A DNA stretch of 56,839 nt, the filler included, from Sluysia triapertura (taxonomy: Eukaryota): assembly GCA_046118255.1 (NCBI GenBank). It is 4 parts of 4 records of this genome, joined end to end, with 100 filler letters (N's around TTAATTAATTAA, not from the genome) between each part and the next. Parts side by side here need not be neighbours in the genome. Positions count along the whole stretch, not along the records: positions 43,898 to 56,839 come from JBJNIA010070839.1; 3 more parts are not named here. One strand, written 5' to 3'. A program made the position numbers and the translations under genes. How positions within the stretch are numbered: the stretch's first letter is position 1; each line of letters opens with the position of its first letter. Below the pieces are notes generated by a model that saw nothing but the letters and a program-made list of their open reading frames with translations, was not told the origin of the DNA and did not search any database. Of this stretch, positions 48,006 through 56,839 are shown one piece after another.

Positions 48006-50268
48006 TCATTATTCGTTTTCATCATAATCATAGTAATGTATATAATATAATATAATGTATATAATAAAGTAATACAATAGTTATTTAATTACAAGCGATA
48101 AACATTTGGAATAACATAACGATGGCATTTGAAGTTGGAGCTACGAAGGAGCGAGAACTTTGAAAAGTAAGTTATGCTATTCCTAATACATACGAGTGAC
48201 GTATAAGATTTTATGCAATGCTATTTGTCAAATATACAATAACAAAGTTAATTAAATTAAGGTTTTTTTGAAAATCAGTTTGTAAACAGTTTACAATATT
48301 AAAATAATTAACGTTGTGACCTTTATTTGGTATTATTAAAGAAAAAAATTTATTGATTGCTAAAAAAATGAAAAATTATCGATTTTAATTTATAAAATCT
48401 AAAAAAAATAATGAATGTAAAAAAACACTTTATTTTTATATCCGCCCAGCTTGCATGACCTTTTATCCGGCGTTGCATCTCTGTCAAATAAGAAACGAAT
48501 CAAGAATAAACAATTTTAATTAAAACTATAAATTTTCATAAAAAGAACAAAATTAAAAAGGTAAATATTAAGAGAAATAATAAAAAGTAAATTAAATTAA
48601 ATTTATAAATTAAATAAAGATTTATATTTATAAAACAAGTAATAAAAAAGTATTTATTATAACTTTTTTAATTAGATGTAATATTTTTCTAAAATTAAAC
48701 TTTATAAAAATCATAAAAATGGGTGGGGTTTCTTTTTTTGCTGTTACAAATTTCACTGCGTCTGTTAAAATAATATGAAACATATAAGTTTAAAAAAACT
48801 ATTTTAATGAGTTCATTTAACAATGTATTTTAAAGTTATTATTATTATTATTATTATTTTGATTTCGATTATTATTATTATTATCATTATTATTTATTTT
48901 AATAACATCTTTTTATACTGCTACACAGGTGTTACATTCCATATGGTAATTCAATTTTTGAGAATTTAATTTTTTTTAGATTTTCAGGATGATACATCTT
49001 TATGTTATTCATTTGGACATTATAATTAATAATAATAATATTACTAATAATTATAATAATAATAATAATATTATTAATTATAATTATAATGTAAAATTGC
49101 AAACTAAATCAGTAAAGATAGACATAAATGTATATATTAAAAAAGTTTTCATGTAACCCAAAATAAAACATTATCTTCCATAATTAATTAATTATTTTCA
49201 AAAGATAATTAAAATTAAAGGGTTTTTATGACAACCAAATAAAGCCGAAAATTAATTTATTTTACACTACAATCAAGGTTACAAAAGTTTCTGTAATTGA
49301 TGGTTGTAAATCTTTGTTAATATGTTTGATGTAGCTCCAGAAAAGTGGACTACTCTCAATGTGTCCATGCCAAAAATTTCTGGTTGAATCTCTAAAAAAA
49401 TAATGATTATTTATAGTTTTTATTTATTGATATTGTTGCTACATTTGTATTTCAATATTTACGTGTTGCTTATGATGTTGGTGCTTCATAAACAATAAAT
49501 TTTTTTATTGTTTCTAAAATAAAACATTAAATAAAAAGTAAATTTTATTAACTTATATGAAATTGTTTTAATGCATCATTTACAATTAATTATTTAGTAT
49601 CCAAAACCAACTAGAAAATCAAACTGTTTCGTTATTTAATCATTCAGTTAATTTACTTTTAATATTATTACAGAAAAAAACATCAACCAGTTTTAGTTTA
49701 GTAACAATGTTTATTAAATTCACATTATCTATTGTTGCTTAGAAGAGTCCCACTCTCGGGAAATAATATTATTATCCCATAAACATTATTCGGTAGAAAA
49801 ATAAATAAATAAATATCTAATAATAATAATAATATTATTATTATTATATCAACATTTAATCGAAATTTATTTTCATATTATTAATATTTTCATTTACATA
49901 TATTTCATTTTCATAGTAATTCTTATATTAATGTTTTAAATATAGTAATAGAATACCAAAATATAAAATATAAAAATAAACATTTATTTGTTGTAAATAA
50001 TTTAATTATTTTGAGCTTGTTCTTTTTATTTGAAGAAAATGTAAGTAAGTAAAATTTAATTTTCTATATTTATTATTGAAATATTTCTTGATGATTTCAT
50101 TATTTGTATAACAGTTTCGAATAATGGGAATAGAAATTAATAAAGACTTTATTATTTTTAATTAGTACTTAATTAATAATAATAATAATTATTATTATTA
50201 TTAGTGTTGCTTATTTCCTTTAACTTACAATCTTTAAAACTTATTTTATGCTTGCTTCTTATTTAAAC

Positions 50269-50679
50269 TAGGGCTGGATTCTCCTGTACCGATGCACCGG
50301 GAACAGCCCTACTCAATAATTAAACTCCCACTGAATGATTTAATAATAATGTATTATTCAGTTAAGTATAATATAATAAAAACAATGAAATTTCGATGGC
50401 TTTTTAATAAAATAAAGGTAGAACCAGATGTATATATTATACTATATATGTATATTATATAGTATATAATAAAACATTTACGAACAACTATTATTCCAAA
50501 ATGAGACATGTTTGATTTCCAAACTAGAAATTTATAGTAAATATTCTAGAATTTTATTTCAAAAAACACTCAAGAAGGATAATGAAAATTCATTATACCG
50601 CCATTTATTTATTGATCATGTTGATAAGGTAAAATCAGGTGCACCTAAATCAAAAACCGGTGCAAGGAGAACAGCCCTA
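50269..50679. mobile_element. Non-autonomous hAT-type MITE
   Basis: TIRs TAGGGCTG(GA)TTCTCCT.. and ..AGGAGAACAGCCCTA; degenerate 8-bp TSD ATTTAAAC/ATTTTAAT. Confidence 0.6.
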
Positions 50680-51893
50680 ATTTTAATATTTTAACTTCGA
50701 AATAATAAAATAACGTACTAATTAATGTAATTACTAATAAGTATCCGATTCCCACCGAGAGTAATTAATTTGCATTATAATCTTTTTTTAGAATGTACTA
50801 TTCTCGCTTTTCGAAAATATTATTTTTATATTTTTAAAGATGGAAATGGCAATCTAACAATTTACTTCACTCCTATTTCACAAGCTCAAATGTAGTCACA
50901 ATACAATAAAATTTAAAAATTATTCAGTTTTGTTCAAGTTTCCACTTGTAATTACGCTTATTAGACGTTGAGAAATTTAAATACTCTTCTAAGATTTATT
51001 AAATGAGAATATTGATCAAATGAAATTATTTAGTTTTAATTAATAAAATTTTTAGACATTTTATTGTGTTTTCAAATTGAAAGTTTTAGGAATTACAATA
51101 ACACAAATTTCGAATAGGTAAATAAAGTAACAAACCTCTGTTATTTTTCTTAAAGTATTATTAAATTAATGCTATATTATTTTCACATTACTGATACTTT
51201 AAATCAGGAAAGTGCGCTTAGACATTGTTTGTAAGTCGAAAAATATTATATTAAGTCACTAATCAGTATTACTATTATTATGCATAACTTCTCTTACAAT
51301 TATTTTATAAAATAATGTGGCACATTAAGACTTCGAGAATCCATTTTCGTCACATTAATTAGTTTTTTAAATGTTACAAAATATACATTGGTGTTTCAAT
51401 AATGAACATCTGGGATGACCCAAGATTTTAATCAATGCATTAAAATTCAGGATTTCATTTCCTCTAAAACAAGTCAACATCCATAAGATTAAACGTAATA
51501 CGAATGTTTGCAAAACTAATGCCGATTTGAAATAGTTACACATCAAGCTTATTATGAAAAAATCAATCTACCTTATTTATGAAAGTTCAAACTATTTGAA
51601 TTAATTTCAAATTAGGTATTTAAAGATACTAACATTGTTCGTACTTCCATCCAGTTGCTAAATCTTAAATAAATTACTGTAATTTTATCGCAACTGTCAA
51701 AATATCTTTAATATAATTACAACTTAAGCTGATAACACATCACAAATGAATTTTAATTTAAAATAAAAACCACTAAATCAAAAGACAATATATACTATAT
51801 ATACATCATTATAAATTATTTATTTATCTTAACTCATTAATAGTATAACAATAATGTAACATAACAAATTATTTATTTATTATTCAAGTACAC

Positions 51894-53114
51894 TCAATTT
51901 GATGCACATTGTACACGTTGTGCTCCACCTGGCATGCCACCTTCATCATCACTATCATAAGCCTGTTGATGTCTATCATAACCTTTATGTGAAGATGATG
52001 GATCATGAGGATGCATAACACATTCTTCAGCATCTGCCATATTGTCATTAATTACCGTTGTAGGTTTAGGCAAAATACTACGTAGTTTTTCTAATTTGTC
52101 TGAAGGCAAAAAATCATGTTCGGGAAAGATTACTTCAAACTGAATGATTAAACAGCCTTTTTCAAATGGATTTTTATATCTTGGCATTCCTTCACTTTCA
52201 ATAGAACGATATTCACCATTTTTAACAACTTCACCAGGTCTGGTAGAAACAAATAAAATGCGACCATCCAAAGTTTCTATTGTTCTTTTGAACCCACATA
52301 AACTTTCTACTAAATCAAGTTTCATAGTATAATATAAATCATTTTTCTTCCTTGTGAAGACATTATGCGGCTTTTCTTCTAAAACAATTATAATGTCCCC
52401 AGCTTCTAAACCTGGCTCTTGATCTCCTTCACCGCAAAATTTTAGTTGCTGTCCATCAATCATACCTTTATCTATATGAGCTTCCAAAACCTTTTTTTCA
52501 CGTACAACTTTTTGACCTTCACACTTTTTGCAACGATCTCTTTCATTAATAACTTCTCTTTCTCCTTTACAGGTTCTGCACGTTGTCTGCATTTGTTGAA
52601 CCATTCCTGGACCGAGTTGCCTAATATGAACTTCAACACCCATTCCTCGACAGGCAGTACATTTCTGTACTGCGCCTTCTTTTCCACCCCTACCATTACA
52701 TTTATCACAAATAACATTTTTCTGGATTGCTAATTTTCTAGTACTACTTTTGTAAAATTCTTCCAATGACACACTAAGTTGATGTACTACATCTTTACCT
52801 CTACGTGGGCCTCTGTTTCTACTACCGCCCATACCACCAAAAAACATATCAAATATGTCCATGGGATTATGAAATCCAGAATCTCCACCACCTTCTTTCA
52901 AAGCCTGTTCTCCTCCTTCATCATATATAGCTCTCTTTTTTCGGTCAGCCAATACTTCAAAAGCTTGTGATATTTCCTTAAATTTGTCTCCAGCATCTGG
53001 GTTTTTATCGGGATGATATTTCAATGCCAATTTTCGATAAGCTTTCTTTAATTCCTGATCAGACGCACTAGGACTAACTCCTAATATATCATAGTACTTG
53101 GTTTCCTTTACCAT
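51894..53114 (-). CDS. DNAJA1: Type I Hsp40 co-chaperone (DNAJA1-like), intronless CDS
   Basis: J-domain with HPD, G/F region, four CxxCxGxG-type repeats, C-terminal CaaX (CASN). Confidence 0.95.
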   Translation of the reverse strand: MVKETKYYDILGVSPSASDQELKKAYRKLALKYHPDKNPDAGDKFKEISQAFEVLADRKKRAIYDEGGEQALKEGGGDSGFHNPMDIFDMFFGGMGGSRNRGPRRGKDVVHQLSVSLEEFYKSSTRKLAIQKNVICDKCNGRGGKEGAVQKCTACRGMGVEVHIRQLGPGMVQQMQTTCRTCKGEREVINERDRCKKCEGQKVVREKKVLEAHIDKGMIDGQQLKFCGEGDQEPGLEAGDIIIVLEEKPHNVFTRKKNDLYYTMKLDLVESLCGFKRTIETLDGRILFVSTRPGEVVKNGEYRSIESEGMPRYKNPFEKGCLIIQFEVIFPEHDFLPSDKLEKLRSILPKPTTVINDNMADAEECVMHPHDPSSSHKGYDRHQQAYDSDDEGGMPGGAQRVQCASN

Positions 53115-54965
53115 CTATGAATAATAAATCTAATAAAATAAATAAATACTTTTTAAAATAAATGTTGTAGTACTAAAATTTCCAGAACGATAAATACATT
53201 AAAAGTGATTCATTAAAACAAAAACAAGCAAAAAAACAATGATTATAAACATTGAAACTTGTATATTTATGACATAATGTTATATTTTCAAATATATATG
53301 GCATCAATAAAAATTTTGATATATTTTGTATATTATAAAAAATAAAATTTAGAATAGAAATTTTAAGTATAAAAGATATATAATTTATTTTTTGTGCCAA
53401 GTTCCTAAGTTTTTTAACAAATGTTATAAAACTTTAAATAACATTGTTAAATTCGAAATATGCGTATTTTGATCTCAAATTGTTTATTTTGTTTCAATGA
53501 TTTATGTTTTGTTTTAAAACACTAAGCAGTTAATTTAAAATGTACGCATAAATTGTGGGATATTTTGTTTTAAAAGTTTATAATTTATTTTTGTATGTAG
53601 TTTTAAAATTATTGAAGTTGTTAAAAACTTTAAATAGTATTGTGAAATTTGATATAATTTTGATTGTGTACTGTTTTCTTTTGTTAGAGACATTTTGTAC
53701 GTTTTGTTTTAAAACACAAAGAGCATTTTTAAAACCGAATTTGATTTATTATTATGGTATTTATTCACAATCAAATTGTTTGTATAATTGCACACCTTAA
53801 ACATTTAATTATAAGTTGATTGATAAATTCGCTTTTTAGTGTTAATCATGGAATCAAATTTAAACCTAACAATTAAAAAGAATAAGAAAATAATTTGTAA
53901 TTATGATTTAAATATGTTCTATTTAAGAAATGTTGCACAATACCAAACTTCAGAATATTTGAGATAGTGATTAAATTATTTATTCGATTTTAAATTTGAA
54001 AAGGTTATTAAATAAATTAAATGTATTATAAATGTAACAAATTTGTAAAATATTGCTAACACATTAATTCCAAATAAAAATTTTAAAATGTTAAAATGGA
54101 CGATAAATATTTCTAAAGAGTCCATAGATCTGTTGATTGTTGTGCAATGGTTGATTGTTATGTAATGGTTTCGGTTAGAAGAGAGGATTACATTTGTATT
54201 TGGTGTTAATAATTAAAAATTTTAAATTATGAACTTAATAAAAGAGCCTAACTCACAGCAAAGTAAATAATTATTATTCAGAGTCCGTTTGCAGTATACG
54301 ACTTACTAATGGCGTACCTGTAAAAATTATGCGAAAGCAATTCTAAAAATTAATTGTATAAAAGTACTCTTTGCCTTAACTTAAACAATAATGGACAAAA
54401 TCGACTGATACTCATTGACTTAAAAAATAATCACGACCAACGTTGGATTCGACAATATTTATATAAAAATATATTATTCTTTTGTTTCTTAAACTTAACT
54501 TCAATTATTACGTTTAAAAGTTTACGCTGTAATTCACTTGCTTCCGCTAATAAAACTTATCTAATTTTTAAATTTCTTACGTTTGATTTATATCACGAAT
54601 TTAACGCAAATTTGCAATAAACTAAAAACTTCAAATTATCCAAAGTTTATTATGTGACAAATTGAATAAATTAAAATAATACAATGGTGAATTTATAAAG
54701 CTAAACAGCAAAAGTACTAATAATCAGAATTTTGTAAATAATGTTGGATTAGTGAAAGGCAAAGGTAGATATAAAGGTTCAAGATTCAGAATAACAGATA
54801 AGGTAAACGATATTGAATAATTGGGATAGGGGATTATGATGAATTGTAATGATATACTCGATACGATATAATGATATGAGATACTTGAATCAAGATAAGA
54901 CAATGAAAGATACAAAGAAATATGAGAAAATAACGTTAATAGAATAAAAGTTAAATTATAACTCT

Positions 54966-55014
54966 GAGTTCACCAACGTACTGGACTTACCAGCGAGGGC
55001 CAGACGTTGGATTT
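54966..55014 (-). ncRNA. Bulged hairpin motif, copy 5
   Basis: AAAT-CCAACGT-CTGG-[CCCTCGCTGGTAAGT]-CCAG-T-ACGTTGG-TGAACTC. Confidence 0.65.
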
Positions 55015-55623
55015 GGTAAAGTAAAAGTAATGGAGGTTAAGTCAAAATTTATCAGATTTTTTGAATTTATGTTAGCTGTTTCGGATGTTATCTATTAATT
55101 CAATAATTAGTAATTTATACAATTTCAAAAAGTTTAAATGTAACCTTCGCAGATCCTTTGAAATAGGATCGAAATGCTTATGTTGCGATGTTAGATTTAT
55201 ACTCTAACAGAAATTCAATTGACGGGTGATTTTTCTTTATTTTAAAACTATATAAATTAATTCAAATTAAGAAAATTAAATCTTATGTATACAAAATTAC
55301 GCAAGAATTAATCAAATTCTTTTTACTCAGAAATTGTAGCAAAAGTTTACAAGGAAACTATTTAAGATTCGAAAATAATTTACAATAATGATTTTGAGTA
55401 TGATTTTACGAGGTTATCTTATCGATATCTAGTCCTATAAAAATAAACTAACTATCCTAATGGAAAAATTGAATAAAATTGATATCTCGGGTAGCTTGAC
55501 AAAATTGGCACGAAAATATAATCGAAAAGTTAAGCCTTTATGGAGAAATCACCAGGAAGATTTAAGTCAATTGAGCAAATAATTAGTCGAAAATGTGTGT
55601 AGATGTATTCAAAAATTGTGCTT

Positions 55624-55666
55624 ATTTATATTTGTTTTAGTCTGACCTTGGTCAGACTAAAACAAA
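55624..55666 (-). promoter_or_regulatory. Perfect 17-bp-arm palindrome followed by TATAAAT
   Basis: TTTGTTTTAGTCTGACC-AA-GGTCAGACTAAAACAAA then TATAAAT on the minus strand. Confidence 0.45.
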
Positions 55667-56791
55667 ACTAATATTTTATTTATTAAAACAAATGATTTTT
55701 TGTGATTAGTTTTTTAATTAAATGTAATTATATAATGTAATTTTATAATTTTTTATTAATAATTTAAAAATAATTAAAATCTTGCTTAAAATTATTAAAA
55801 TTGTTTTGATTAATTCCTTTAATTATTGAAAATATCCTTTAAATTTGAAAGTAAATAATAAAAAGTGTAAAATCAACAATCAAATTATAAAATCAATGAA
55901 TGCTGTCACAATACCAAGTCTAGTCATTACAAATATCAATGCATGTTAGTATAAAATCAATACAAATATCAATGTATATTTTATGTTGTATTAGTCATCA
56001 TTACTATATTAATAAATAAATAGTTTATTACACATAAGTTTAATAATATTATCTGATATTATTTCTTATTTTCTAAATCCTGTAGACGAGCCCTTAAGTG
56101 CGTAAGTTTCGGATCATAGGCGAACTCACTAATATCATTTATCTGTCTCTTGTAATTGTGAGTTAATTCTTTAAAAGAATCCACAATGCAATAATGAAAT
56201 TTATTATTATTATTATGAACACCAAAATAGTAAAAAACCCTCAATGTAGATAGCGTAAAATCATTAATTGTTTTAATTGGTTTTCTTCATTATAAAGTTA
56301 AATTTCTACGTATTATAATGTGCATACGTGTAAATATATATATATCAAATTAATCCTCTGTGGTGAACAACCCAATATTGTAAAATTTTAGTTTAATAGT
56401 ATACAACAAAATTATATTTCAGAATATCTCACAATTTGTAATACCTTCAAACACTCCAAACATGAAATTTAATATCATCCAAATCATACCCAACATTGAA
56501 AATCATCAAAGATTAACCTTAAAAATTAATTGAGATATTTTAAATTTAATTTAACAAACTCCACATAAAATCACATTCCATGACACTTTAACTATTTTTC
56601 ATTTAAGCCTTTCTACATTTTAATTCCTCTACTTCCACTAAAATCTTATCCTAACCTGCACAAAACATCCCTATTTCATACTTCATAACATAAAAGTACA
56701 TATACTTTCAGAGTAATAACAGACATCACAAAAATTAATAATTGTTCTGTTTTTATCTACTAGAACAATTATAAAATAAATTTTAGAAGCT

Positions 56792-56839
56792 GGGTCCGCC
56801 TACGCTAAACGATTTATCTTACCTATAAGGACGTTCACG
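56792..56839 (-). ncRNA. Bulged hairpin motif, copy 6 (5' end cut by the window edge)
   Basis: ..CG-TGAACG-[TCCTTATAGGTAAGATAAAT]-CGTTTA-G-CGTAGG-CGGACCC. Confidence 0.6.

Larger units (their letters stand above)
54966..56839 (-). mobile_element. Second copy of the modular element, running off the window end
   Basis: Order on the minus strand: hairpin motif, ORF ending INDISEFAYDPKLTHLRARLQD, TGACC palindrome plus TATA, GATCC hairpin, hairpin motif; colinear with 18379-20623(+). Confidence 0.6.

Noticed and set aside
30533-52970. Short antisense or alternate-frame ORFs overlapping rsmA, prs, ftsH, the permeases and DNAJA
   Set aside because: Shadow ORFs of real genes, with no motifs of their own.
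54966-55014. Spliced-leader RNA gene
   Set aside because: It has a donor-like GU in a hairpin but no AUG-ending leader, and I found no clear Sm site downstream.

Overview
This window is not one contiguous locus. Four contigs are joined by identical 100-bp artificial spacers (44 N + TTAATTAATTAA + 44 N, at 11688-11787, 23834-23933 and 43798-43897). Contigs 1, 2 and 4 are very AT-rich animal DNA (flatworm-like by my reading of the DnaJ protein; inference). They hold one intact DNAJA gene, an acyl-CoA synthetase exon, a GPCR fragment, decayed fragments of CTNNBL1, CELF and DNAJC7, and transposon debris. Contig 3 (23934-43797) is a gene-dense Mollicute (UGA=Trp, genetic code 4) chromosome fragment. 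It carries coaD, an MBL hydrolase and an FNT channel, divergent from rpmH-rnpA-yidC-mnmE-tatD-[rsmA::ispE fusion]-prs-pth-tilS-hpt-ftsH and an ABC ATPase with FtsX-like permeases. It probably comes from a symbiont or commensal co-assembled with the host. The most unexpected signal is in the animal contigs: a ~50-nt bulged hairpin (AAAU-CCWACG...loop with GUAA...CGUWGG-YGRACYC) that recurs 5-6 times with compensatory base changes. Four copies have a companion hairpin ~135-160 nt upstream, copies within a contig lie ~2 kb apart, and several sit in front of decayed ORFs of a modular, retropepsin-containing mobile element. All assignments come from manual reading and motif recall; no database searches were run.
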